Source: Marivivens sp. (lineage in GTDB: Bacteria > Pseudomonadota > Alphaproteobacteria > Rhodobacterales > Rhodobacteraceae). From it: 56,777 nt of DNA. The translations under genes and the position numbers were made by a program. The notes below the pieces were generated by a model, which had not been told where the DNA came from, did no database searches, and saw only the letters and a list, made by a program, of their open reading frames with translations. The stretch is from NCBI GenBank assembly GCA_041742255.1, contig JBGSIZ010000197.1, forward strand, positions 1 through 56,777, written 5' to 3'. Position 1 is the stretch's first letter. Each line of letters starts with the position of its first letter. Shown one piece after another: positions 15,469 to 24,300 of this stretch.

Positions 15469-16956
15469 ATGCAGGTTCTGGGGCACATATTTTACCTTCT
15501 GGTTCTGGGCATTCTGGTGTTCAGCCTGCCCACGGGCGGGCTGGACGGGTCCGAAGGCGTGATCCTTGTGTTAGGCGTCCTCGGCCTGTGGCGGTATTCG
15601 TGGGCCGCGATCAATTTCAGCCGGGCGGCCTGGTATCAGATGATTGCCTATCCTCGGCTGCGAAAGCGCGCCGATGTCGCCTATGCGGATCGCGCGGCCC
15701 CGGCACATGCCTATTTTCTGGTGACCAGTTACAAGATTGACCCCGATGTCACGACACGGGTCTATCGGTCGATCTTTGATGCGGCGGCGGCGTCGGTGGG
15801 CGGTGCCACGGTGGTGGCGTCGATCGTGGACGGGGCCGATCTGCGGCTCGTGCGGTCCGTCTTTGCGATGATGCGCACCGATATGACCGGTGTCCGCCTG
15901 ATCGTGGATCAGGTGCCCGGCACGGGTAAGCGGGATGCGTTGGCCAAGGCGCTGCGGATCATCACCGGGCAGGCCCCGACCTGGCGCGATATTGTTGTTT
16001 TCGTAGATGGCGACAGCTGTGTGCCCATCGACATTGTGGCCCGGTCTGCACCCTATTTCTGCGATCCCGGAGTTGGCGCACTTACCACAGATGAAAGCGT
16101 CGAGATCACTGATGCCCCGCTGTTCCGCGATTGGTTTGCCCTGCGGTTCACCCAACGGCAGATGATGATGTCGTCGATGGGTCTGGGGCAGCGCGTATTG
16201 ACGTTGACGGGCCGAATGTCCGTATTCCGCGCCGATCTGGCCACCGATCCGGGCTTTATCCGGCAAGTGCAGAGCGATTATCTGGACCATTGGCGTCTGG
16301 GCCGCGTCAATTTTCTGACCGGCGATGATAAATCAACGTGGTTCTGGCTGCTTCGAAACGGGTATCGGATGCTGTATCTGCCGGATGTGCAGACCGTGTC
16401 GATGGAACGTCAGCCGCTGCCGGGGTTCGTCAATTCTGCCGTTACATTGATGGTGCGGTGGTTTGGCAACATGATGCGGACCAATGGCCGTGCGCTGGCG
16501 CTGCCTGCGTCCCGGATCGGCGTCTTTACCTGGTGGTCGCTGCTGGATCAGCGCATTTCGATCTGGACGACGTTGGCCGGCCCCTTGGGCGTGCTGTTGA
16601 CCGCCCTGTTCGTCAGTCCTGCAATCCTGCCCGCCTACATCGCGTGGCTGATGGCCACCCGGTATGTGTTTTGCATCGCGCTGTCGTTGTTCCGGGGGGG
16701 CGGGTTCCCGATCTCCTATCCGTTCCTTTTGTATTTTGGCCAGATCGTAGGGGCCGCTGTCAAAAGTTTCGTGATGTTTCGGCTGGATCGCCAGCGGTGG
16801 ACCCGGCAGGCGGCCCCCTCTGGTTCGGCGTCTGGACCCGCAATCGCGCGTCGGTCTGTCGGTGCGTGGCTGGGTCAATTCGGGTCGTCCTATGTCCACA
16901 TCCTCACGCTGGGTTGGCTCACGCTGGGCGTGATGTTCCTGACCGGCCTCCTCTAG
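15469..16956 (+). CDS. alg8: alginate (polymannuronate) synthase, GT2 catalytic subunit
   Basis: ORF 15439..16956 trimmed to the ATG at 15469, 1 nt after the algD TAA. Matches recalled Alg8 blocks: PGTGKRDAL, VLTLTGRMSVFRA, HWRLGRVNFLTGDDKSTWF, MVRWFGNMMR, FRLDRQRWTRQ. Multiple TM helices. Confidence 0.88.
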   Translation: MQVLGHIFYLLVLGILVFSLPTGGLDGSEGVILVLGVLGLWRYSWAAINFSRAAWYQMIAYPRLRKRADVAYADRAAPAHAYFLVTSYKIDPDVTTRVYRSIFDAAAASVGGATVVASIVDGADLRLVRSVFAMMRTDMTGVRLIVDQVPGTGKRDALAKALRIITGQAPTWRDIVVFVDGDSCVPIDIVARSAPYFCDPGVGALTTDESVEITDAPLFRDWFALRFTQRQMMMSSMGLGQRVLTLTGRMSVFRADLATDPGFIRQVQSDYLDHWRLGRVNFLTGDDKSTWFWLLRNGYRMLYLPDVQTVSMERQPLPGFVNSAVTLMVRWFGNMMRTNGRALALPASRIGVFTWWSLLDQRISIWTTLAGPLGVLLTALFVSPAILPAYIAWLMATRYVFCIALSLFRGGGFPISYPFLLYFGQIVGAAVKSFVMFRLDRQRWTRQAAPSGSASGPAIARRSVGAWLGQFGSSYVHILTLGWLTLGVMFLTGLL

Positions 16957-16959
16957 TTC

Positions 16960-18066
16960 ATGTCTGAAAAAGGTATTCCCATGGAAAACGCTATCGTCGC
17001 CAATACGGCGCATCAGCCACTCAGTTTGCCGGACGGCAACGACCATGCGATCGTCGATCTGCCGTTCATCGCCGTCATTGACGGGCGGCAGTTTCGCGGG
17101 CGGGGCTTGTCGTTGGTGGCGGCCTATGTCGCGGGGTTGATGGACCCGGTGACCTTGAACGAAACCCGCATTGTGCGTCTGGTGTTTCAGTTTGATGGGT
17201 TTTCTGTGTCTTTGGTTCTGGATGCCGAAATCCGTGAAGGCGGGGCCGGACCCGGTGATGTGGCCCTGATTTTCAGCCGCCCCACCGGAGAGCATCTGCC
17301 GCAGCTGCGCCATGTCATCAACGCCTATATCGCAGGCGATCTGGTGGGCGTGGGACAGACGATTGCCGTGGCCGGGACCGCCGCACCCAAGGCGCAAAAG
17401 GCCCCCGGTGTGCCCGAGCGCAGGTTTTCCCCGCGCCGGGTGGGTGGTGCATTGGGTCTGGGGCTGTTGTCGCTGGCATTGGTGTCGATCGCCGGCACGC
17501 TTGCCTATCAGCGGTTGTTCGTGACGTTGGTTCCCGGTCTTGGGACGGTCGTGTCAACCGGCGAGGTGATGCGGTCCACCACCACCGGCCAGATTGTGTT
17601 TCTGGATCTGGCGGCGGGGCAGGGCGATGTCGCGGTTGCCATCCAATCCGCATCCGGTGACGTCCAAAGCCTTGTACTGCCGTGTGATTGCACGGTGACG
17701 GCGCTGGGCCTGCGCGAGGGGTCCACGGTGTTGATCGGTGAACCGGTTCTGACCCTTGGGTCCGATACCGACCAAGTGTTGGTGTCTGCCACTGTTCCCT
17801 CCGACGTGCTGTTTGATCTGTCCAGCGCCGCGCGTATCCAACTGACCTTGCCGGGGGGGCAGACGGTCATGGCCCGGATCGAGCCGTCCCAACCCGTGCG
17901 CGTGGGCACACAAGATCCGATGATCCTATTGCGCCCCGATGTTCCGCTTGGCGCGGACCGGGTCGGTGACCCGGCACAAATCCGTATCCTGCAAAACTGG
18001 GGTGGACTGACCACATGGTCCGCCGCCCTGCGCACCCGCATTTCCACCTTGTTCGAGAAAGCCTGA
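16960..18066 (+). CDS. alg44: Alg44-like co-polymerase (PilZ-like N-domain + TM + membrane-fusion-like periplasmic domain)
   Basis: LVFQFDGFSVSLVLDAEI and LRHVINAYIAGDLVGVGQTI align with recalled Pseudomonas Alg44 (LLFQVDSISFSLEVEFQV; LRYLITSYLAGEVIGVGDML). A TM segment (GALGLGLLSLALVSIAGTLAY) and a C-terminal beta-rich domain follow. The canonical PilZ c-di-GMP motifs appear degenerate (see findings). Confidence 0.75.
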   Translation: MSEKGIPMENAIVANTAHQPLSLPDGNDHAIVDLPFIAVIDGRQFRGRGLSLVAAYVAGLMDPVTLNETRIVRLVFQFDGFSVSLVLDAEIREGGAGPGDVALIFSRPTGEHLPQLRHVINAYIAGDLVGVGQTIAVAGTAAPKAQKAPGVPERRFSPRRVGGALGLGLLSLALVSIAGTLAYQRLFVTLVPGLGTVVSTGEVMRSTTTGQIVFLDLAAGQGDVAVAIQSASGDVQSLVLPCDCTVTALGLREGSTVLIGEPVLTLGSDTDQVLVSATVPSDVLFDLSSAARIQLTLPGGQTVMARIEPSQPVRVGTQDPMILLRPDVPLGADRVGDPAQIRILQNWGGLTTWSAALRTRISTLFEKA

Positions 18067-18069
18067 CCG

Positions 18070-19506
18070 ATGAAAACCATTTATCCTTTGATCTTGTGTG
18101 GTGGCATGGGTTCCCGTTTGTGGCCGATGTCGCGGATCGACCAGCCCAAGCAATTCCAGCCGACCAACGGCAAGGGCAGTCTGACCTATTTTCAGACCAC
18201 CGTGCAGCGCCATCAGGGCCCGATGTTTCATGACCCGATCATCGTCACGAATGCCGCACAGGCCGATCTGGTCGGGCAACAATTGACAGAAATTCAGGCC
18301 ACCGGCCGCATCATCGGTGAACCCGTCGGGCGCAACACCGGGCCTGCCGTTCTGGCGGCTGCGTTGTCGATCCTGCGCGATGATCCGGATGCCATCCTGT
18401 TGGTTGTGCCCTCGGATCACATAATATCGGGCGATTTGAACCGCACTGTGGCCCAGATGGTGGCCGCCGCCAACGCGGGCCAGATCATCACCTTTGGCAT
18501 CCCTCCCGGGTATGCCGAGGCTGGATATGGCTATATCATCGACGGTGGTGAGGTCGAAAACTATGACGGCCTGCATACCGTCGCGCAGTTCATCGAAAAG
18601 CCCCCCGTCGAAGAGGCGCAACGCCTGATTGATCAAGGTACCGCCTATTGGTCGTCCGGGATCAGTCTGTTTCGCGCCGATGTCATCCGCGCTGCGTTCG
18701 AAGCCTATGAACCGCAGACATTTGCCGCAGTGGCCGCAGCCGTGGCCGATGCCGCGACCACGCCAAACGGGATCACCTTGAACGAGGACGCGTTCCGGGA
18801 CGCCCGCAACGAGCCGACCGAACGGTTGATTTTTGAACGTAGCCCTGCCATTGCGCTGGCCCCGCTGAATGTCCGGTGGGACGATGTGGGCGCATGGGCC
18901 GCTGTTTATGACGTCAACACGAAGACCGGCGACGGAAATGTCACCAACGGCGATGTGATCGCGCTCGACACCACCAATTCGTTGATCCGAAGCGATGGCC
19001 GGTTGGTCGTTGTCATTGGAATGAACGACGTGATCGTCGTGGATACCAAAGACGCGCTGTTGGTGACCGACCGCAAGCACGCCCAACAGGTCAAGGTCGT
19101 GGTGGAAAAGCTGAAATCAGGCGGCAGACGCGAAGTCGTCAGCCACCCGTTCCGGAACCATGCATGGGGCGGCATCGAGGCGTTGGCTACCGATCCCGAT
19201 TACCGGGTCGATATCCTGACCTTGCTGCCCGGATCCTCCATGCAGATCAATGGCCACGGCACGGGTGCCAGTTTCCTGTCGGTGGTGTCGGGGCACGCGA
19301 CCTATCTCGAGGATCGTAAGGGCAATGATAACACCTTGGCCCTTGGCAGTATGCTCACGATCCACAAGGATACCGAGCTGACCCTGACCAACACCGCCGA
19401 TTTCGACCTTCAGGCGATCCTGTTGTCCACGACGCCATCGGTGACAGCGACCTCGGGTCATCTGGTGTATCCCGCGCGTCCGCTTCGGTCGGTCGCGAAT
19501 GGCTAA
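18070..19506 (+). CDS. algA: mannose-1-phosphate guanylyltransferase (AlgA/ManC type, with divergent C-terminal cupin/PMI domain)
   Basis: YPLILCGGMGSRLWPMSRIDQPKQF, GEPVGRNTGPAV, VVPSDHII, GYGYI, FIEKP and WDDVGAW are GMP-domain signatures. The C-terminal cupin is recognisable (HAWGG...LLPGSSMQ...VVSGHA) but lacks the usual H-H-x-R-x-E-H-W metal ligands. Confidence 0.82.
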   Translation: MKTIYPLILCGGMGSRLWPMSRIDQPKQFQPTNGKGSLTYFQTTVQRHQGPMFHDPIIVTNAAQADLVGQQLTEIQATGRIIGEPVGRNTGPAVLAAALSILRDDPDAILLVVPSDHIISGDLNRTVAQMVAAANAGQIITFGIPPGYAEAGYGYIIDGGEVENYDGLHTVAQFIEKPPVEEAQRLIDQGTAYWSSGISLFRADVIRAAFEAYEPQTFAAVAAAVADAATTPNGITLNEDAFRDARNEPTERLIFERSPAIALAPLNVRWDDVGAWAAVYDVNTKTGDGNVTNGDVIALDTTNSLIRSDGRLVVVIGMNDVIVVDTKDALLVTDRKHAQQVKVVVEKLKSGGRREVVSHPFRNHAWGGIEALATDPDYRVDILTLLPGSSMQINGHGTGASFLSVVSGHATYLEDRKGNDNTLALGSMLTIHKDTELTLTNTADFDLQAILLSTTPSVTATSGHLVYPARPLRSVANG

Positions 19507-20998
19507 GGTGTTGTATGCTCTGATGATGTGTGCGGCGGTCTGGCCCGTTGGGGCTGCCGCACAGCAGATGGATTATCTTGCCAGCCAACGGCTGGAGGGG
19601 GCCGTTGTCCAACTGCAGGATCCGCTGCTGGCGGGTGGGTTGGCGACCGAAGCGGCCAAGGTCATGGTCAGTGTCGGCTTGCCTTGGCCTGCTTCTGCTG
19701 GCGCGGTCATTCCCCACCCGGACGCTGTGCCGTCCGAGTTCACTGTTGTCCCCGGTGCGGTTGTCGAACTGGTCGATATCCGGCTGTTGCTGACCCAGAT
19801 TGCCATCCAGTCCGGCGCGCGGGATCACGCCGCGCTGGTGCGCGCCCAAGGGCTGCGGGATCACGATGTGATCCTGTTGCGCGGCGGCTTTGCGACGCTG
19901 GCCGATTTGTGGACCATGTCCCGCGACACGCCCGCGCAGGGCTTTGTGACCCAAACGGACGACGGGATCATCCTGACCCGGCCATTGGCCATTTGGTCGG
20001 ATGCCGGTCTGACGTTGGGTGCCGCGGATCAGCTTGTTCTGGATCGGTCCAGTGGGACGTTCATCGCCAACTTTGGCTGGTTGGACATCGCGGGTGGCAC
20101 GATTGCCGGCAACGATACCGACAACACGGCCGAGCCGCCGTTTCGGCCCTTTGTCATGACTGCCGGCCAAGGCAGCCTGACCGCGGAGGCCGCCGCGTTT
20201 CAAACCCTGGGTTTTGGCACGTCCGCCGTCTTTGGTGGTCTGTCTGTGGTCAACAATGGGTTGGTGCCCTCTCTGCGCGCGTCTGCTGTCACGCACAGCA
20301 CTGTGCGCGACGTTGTCACGATTGGCCTTATCGGGACGACAGGTGCGATGCTGTCTGGCAACTGGATCAAGGGTGCCACTGGCCCCGCCATCCTTGTGTC
20401 CAACAGCGCCCAAACGACGGTCGCGGACAACCGGTTCACCGCCCTGCAGGGGCCGCAATCCATCCGCGTGACGGTTGGTTCCGTGGAAACCCGGATCAGC
20501 GGCAATCTGATGACGGGGACCGCCCGCCTGGGTATTTTGATCGACCGGGGCAGCCACGATGTGACGATCGCGCAAAATCTGGTCGTGGGAAGTGTGACAA
20601 CCGGAATTGGCATTGATCGCGCGACCTGCGTGACCATCGCGGGCAATCTTGTCGCCAACAATGGTGGCACGGGCATCAGTCTGACCGATACAGATGAAAC
20701 GGCTGTCACTGACAATGCCGTGTTGTTCAATCAGGGGTCTGGTATCGTGGTCCGCGCGCAGGGGCCAGCGGCCAGTGTCAGCATCTCGGGCAATGTGCTG
20801 ATGGGCAACCGTGACGGTTTGCGGGGTGCCACGGTGGGCGCCGTTGTGTTGGGACACAACGACCTGAGCGGTCAGATGCCGCGCATCTTTTCCGGCGATT
20901 TTGCCCCGTTGACGGTAAACTGGTTGCGCACGCGCGGCGACGTCGTGGCGGCGTCCGAACCGTCTGTGATGCCCTGCTTCGGTCAGGGAGAAGGCTGA
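19499..20998 (+). CDS. algG: AlgG-like periplasmic right-handed beta-helix protein (mannuronan C5-epimerase family, catalytic motif not conserved)
   Basis: Signal peptide (MAKVLYALMMCAAVWPVGAAAQQ). N-terminal VILLRGGFATLADL...LAIWSDAGLTL resembles AlgG. Parallel beta-helix repeats are present (IAQNLVVGSVTTGIGIDRATCVTIAGNLVANNGGTGISLTDTDETAVTDNAVLFNQGSGIVV). The start overlaps the algA stop by 8 nt. Confidence 0.7.
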   Translation: MAKVLYALMMCAAVWPVGAAAQQMDYLASQRLEGAVVQLQDPLLAGGLATEAAKVMVSVGLPWPASAGAVIPHPDAVPSEFTVVPGAVVELVDIRLLLTQIAIQSGARDHAALVRAQGLRDHDVILLRGGFATLADLWTMSRDTPAQGFVTQTDDGIILTRPLAIWSDAGLTLGAADQLVLDRSSGTFIANFGWLDIAGGTIAGNDTDNTAEPPFRPFVMTAGQGSLTAEAAAFQTLGFGTSAVFGGLSVVNNGLVPSLRASAVTHSTVRDVVTIGLIGTTGAMLSGNWIKGATGPAILVSNSAQTTVADNRFTALQGPQSIRVTVGSVETRISGNLMTGTARLGILIDRGSHDVTIAQNLVVGSVTTGIGIDRATCVTIAGNLVANNGGTGISLTDTDETAVTDNAVLFNQGSGIVVRAQGPAASVSISGNVLMGNRDGLRGATVGAVVLGHNDLSGQMPRIFSGDFAPLTVNWLRTRGDVVAASEPSVMPCFGQGEG

Positions 20999-22431
20999 TG
21001 GTTTTCTCGTCCGAGACCTTCTTGTTCCTGTTTTTGCCGCTGTTCCTTGCGGTTTATTACCTGACGCCGGTTCGGTTCCGGTCGGTCACGATCCTGATCG
21101 GATCCTATGCCTTTTACGGCTGGTGGCGTCTGGATTTTCTGGGCCTTTTGTTTGTCACCACGCTGTGGACCTATTTCTTTGGTCGCCGGATTGGTGCAGC
21201 GACCGATGCGCGGACGGCCAAGATTAATCTAGTGTTTGGATTGCTGGGCTGTCTGGCGGTTCTGGGCGTGTTCAAATACCTGAATTTCTTTATCGACAGC
21301 TTTGCCACGCTGTGGGGCACCGATGCGGATGGATTGGGTGTCCATTGGCGTCTGATCTTGCCGATCGGAGTGTCGTTTTACGTCTTTCAGGCGGTCAGCT
21401 ATCTGATTGATGTGTATCGCAAGGATGCCGTGGCGACCGCGGGGTTCTTTGACTTTGCGGCCTTTATCGCCCTGTTTCCACAATTGATCGCGGGTCCGAT
21501 CCTGCGGTTCAAGGATTTGGCCGGGCAGTTTGCGCAGCGCGACCATTCGGTTGAACTGTTTGTGCAGGGCATGACCATCTTTGCGATTGGTTTGGCGAAA
21601 AAGGTGTTGCTGGCCGACACTGTGGCCCCTTTGGCCAATCTGGCGTTCGACACTCCCGATCCCAGCGCCGCGCTCGCGTGGCTTGGGTCGATTGCCTACA
21701 TGATCCAGCTTTACTTTGACTTTTCCGGCTACAGCGACATGGCGATCGGTCTTGGGTTGATGATGGGGTTCCACTTTATCCAGAATTTCGACACGCCCTA
21801 TATCAGCCGGTCGATCACGGAATTCTGGCGTCGCTGGCACATCAGCCTGTCGGTATGGCTGCGCGATTACCTGTATATTCCGTTGGGTGGGAACCGCAAA
21901 GGCGTGGGTCGGACCTATGTCAATCTGATGCTTGTGATGGTTCTGGGTGGGCTGTGGCACGGGGCAAACTGGACCTTTGTTCTGTGGGGCCTGTGGCACG
22001 GCGGGTGGCTTGCCATTGAACGCGCCACGGGCCGGGCCAAGGGCACCGACCTGTTCGCGCTCGGTTCCACCTTGATGATCGTGCTGATGGGTTGGGTGAT
22101 GTTCCGTGCGGCCGACGTGGCGCAGGCCATGGGGGTGTATCGCGGCATGCTGGGCTTGAATACTGCGGCAGCCGGTTCCGTGATGGGCCCCGCAAGCGCG
22201 CTTGGCATCACAAACGAAAGCCTTGTCTTTTTGGCAATCGGTATTGCGATTGCAGCCTTTGAACCGCGTCTCAATCGCGTTGCTGCGACCCGCCTGCAAC
22301 CCGGCCAGACCGGGCACCTGACCATGCTGAACGCGCTGGCACCTTCGGTGCTGATGGTTGGGCTGGGCACGGTCACTGTCATGAAACTCGCGGAACAGAG
22401 CTTTTCTCCGTTCCTGTATTTCCAGTTCTAG
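20998..22431 (+). CDS. algI: alginate O-acetyltransferase, MBOAT family
   Basis: MVFSSETFLFLFLPLFL..., multiple TM helices, and the MBOAT core FWRRWHISLSVWLRDYLYIPLGGNRKG...GLWHGANW. The ATG shares one nt with the algG TGA (TGATG). Confidence 0.9.
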   Translation: MVFSSETFLFLFLPLFLAVYYLTPVRFRSVTILIGSYAFYGWWRLDFLGLLFVTTLWTYFFGRRIGAATDARTAKINLVFGLLGCLAVLGVFKYLNFFIDSFATLWGTDADGLGVHWRLILPIGVSFYVFQAVSYLIDVYRKDAVATAGFFDFAAFIALFPQLIAGPILRFKDLAGQFAQRDHSVELFVQGMTIFAIGLAKKVLLADTVAPLANLAFDTPDPSAALAWLGSIAYMIQLYFDFSGYSDMAIGLGLMMGFHFIQNFDTPYISRSITEFWRRWHISLSVWLRDYLYIPLGGNRKGVGRTYVNLMLVMVLGGLWHGANWTFVLWGLWHGGWLAIERATGRAKGTDLFALGSTLMIVLMGWVMFRAADVAQAMGVYRGMLGLNTAAAGSVMGPASALGITNESLVFLAIGIAIAAFEPRLNRVAATRLQPGQTGHLTMLNALAPSVLMVGLGTVTVMKLAEQSFSPFLYFQF

Positions 22432-22439
22432 GGGGTCTG

Positions 22440-23546
22440 ATGACCAGAATTCTGTCCATGGCCCGCCTTGCGCTGCCAACTGTGTTCTTTGGTTACGCGG
22501 TCTTTGCCAATCTTGTGATTGTGACCGGACCACATCCAGACATCGGATTGCCCGCAAAGGGTGTGCTGTCGGGCGGTTTGACGATCAATCTGGACAGTTT
22601 GTACAAAGACAGGCTGCCCCATATGGACCCGTCGTCCAGTTTAGTGGGGGCCGCACGCTATGCCATGTTGAACGAGGCCCGGCATGGGGCCGTTGTCGGG
22701 CAATCCGGGTGGCTGTTCAGCGCGGAGGAGGTCCGGCCGCTGCCCACCCCGGATCAATGGGACCGGGCCATTGCGACGGTTCTGGACCTTGAGGCACAGA
22801 TCGTGCGTGGTGGTGCCGTCCTGATTGTTGTCCCGTTGCCGGCCAAGATCGACGTCGCCCGGTCCCGCGGGGCCGATGCGGCCATGGCGGATGTCATGGC
22901 AGGCCTTTATGCCGATTTTGCTCGGAGTCTGACCGCCGAGGGCATTCCGGTTGTGACAGCCCGTGCTGAACTCCTTGCGTCTGAAACGCCTGCCTTTTTT
23001 GCCACGGATACGCATTGGACCCAGCACGGCGCCGATGTGGTGGCACAGGCGATTGCGGCATCGGGCACGATTTCGCCGGGGCGGTTGATCTATGACCGAG
23101 TGGCCCAATCGCCGACGGCATTCACCGGCGATCTGGTCCGTTTTGTAACGGCGGCGGCGATGGCCCCCGGCCTTGGCCTGATGCCTGAAACAGTCCGACC
23201 CGTGGTGCAGACCCCCGTGAGCGCGAGTGTTGATATTTTTGGCGGCGCGGACCGGGACATCGTTCTGGTGGGCACCAGCTATAGCGCCAATGCCGATTGG
23301 GGATTTGCCGACGCTCTGATGTATCGACTGGGCCGCGATGTTGTCAGCGTGGCCCAGGAGGGTCTGGGCCCGGTGCAACCGATGCGCGACTATCTTGCCA
23401 GCCCGGACTATCATGCGGCCCCCCCGACTGTCGTGATCTGGGAAATCCCGGTCCGGTATCTGACCGATCCGGCGGTGTGGCTGCACACCGATGCGCCAAC
23501 CCCCGAGATATCCGCATCCCTGCACAAGGAAAACGCTGATGGATAA
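22440..23546 (+). CDS. algJ: alginate O-acetyltransferase AlgJ-like (membrane-anchored SGNH-like)
   Basis: N-terminal anchor (LALPTVFFGYAVFANLVIV). FFATDTHWTQHGADVVAQAI (D-x-H of the AlgJ/AlgX triad) and LVGTSYS (Ser). Confidence 0.8.
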   Translation: MTRILSMARLALPTVFFGYAVFANLVIVTGPHPDIGLPAKGVLSGGLTINLDSLYKDRLPHMDPSSSLVGAARYAMLNEARHGAVVGQSGWLFSAEEVRPLPTPDQWDRAIATVLDLEAQIVRGGAVLIVVPLPAKIDVARSRGADAAMADVMAGLYADFARSLTAEGIPVVTARAELLASETPAFFATDTHWTQHGADVVAQAIAASGTISPGRLIYDRVAQSPTAFTGDLVRFVTAAAMAPGLGLMPETVRPVVQTPVSASVDIFGGADRDIVLVGTSYSANADWGFADALMYRLGRDVVSVAQEGLGPVQPMRDYLASPDYHAAPPTVVIWEIPVRYLTDPAVWLHTDAPTPEISASLHKENADG

Positions 23547-24300
23547 GTCACTGGCCGTGGTTTTCAGCGCCGTGGTGTTCGCATCTGCGGCGGCGGCGGG
23601 GCCGATGCCACCCGGATGGATGCCCCCGTCGAGCGTCGTGCAGATCGAGTTCATTTTTGACAACGCCGTCCGCCGCACGAACGACCTCCCGACTGCAGGA
23701 TTGCGCGCGGCCCGGCGTCAGATGATTGGTGGCGGCAGTATTAGCCTTGGCAATTTGCAGGCCTTGGCCGATGCAGGCGATGGTTTGGCCGCATTTCGAT
23801 ATGCCAAGATACTGCAAGAGCGCGGGATCGCCGACACGACGGGCGCCGCCGCCCATTACTACTCCATCGCGGCCTATACCGGACGGGCCTTTGCCGTACC
23901 GCCCTTGGCCCGTTTGTTGCGCGACGAGGGGGCGAATTACAGCAACAGCCGACTGACGCAGGCGCTCAATGCCATGACCGTGCAGGCGATCAGCGGGAAT
24001 CCAGTTGCTGCGACGTTGCTTGGGCAATTGTATGCGGACGGTGTGCCGTTCGGGCGCGATCTGGTGTTGGCGCAGACCTATCTTGGGCTGGGCGAGGGTG
24101 CGGGCACGCCGCCCGCCATTCTGCAACTGGGTGTCGCGTTGATGTCGGATCCTGCGGACATCGCCGCGGGCCATATTGGTGCGCGGGCCGCCCTGACCCA
24201 AGCCGCCGCCAGTGACGATCTGTCCGTCCGGGTCACCGCAGAAAACCTGTTGCGCCTGATCGATCTGCCGATCTCCCCCCAAACCGAGGTTCTCCAATGA
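23539..24300 (+). CDS. secreted Sel1-like repeat (SLR/TPR-like) protein, 253 aa
   Basis: ORF 23491..24300 trimmed to the ATG at 23539, which overlaps the algJ stop by 8 nt. Signal peptide MDKSLAVVFSAVVFASAAAAG. Sel1-type repeats (LADAGDGLAAFRYAKIL...AAHYYSIAAYTG...GNPVAATLLGQLYADGVPFGRDLVLAQTYL). Possible AlgK-like role is inference only. Confidence 0.6.
   Translation: MDKSLAVVFSAVVFASAAAAGPMPPGWMPPSSVVQIEFIFDNAVRRTNDLPTAGLRAARRQMIGGGSISLGNLQALADAGDGLAAFRYAKILQERGIADTTGAAAHYYSIAAYTGRAFAVPPLARLLRDEGANYSNSRLTQALNAMTVQAISGNPVAATLLGQLYADGVPFGRDLVLAQTYLGLGEGAGTPPAILQLGVALMSDPADIAAGHIGARAALTQAAASDDLSVRVTAENLLRLIDLPISPQTEVLQ

Noticed and set aside
19355-20857. 500-aa minus ORF and 362-aa alternative-frame plus ORF (19528-20616) over the algG-like gene
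   Set aside because: Only the 19499-20998 frame gives a signal peptide, beta-helix repeats and translational coupling to algA/algI. The other two frames are Arg/Gly-rich shadow ORFs.
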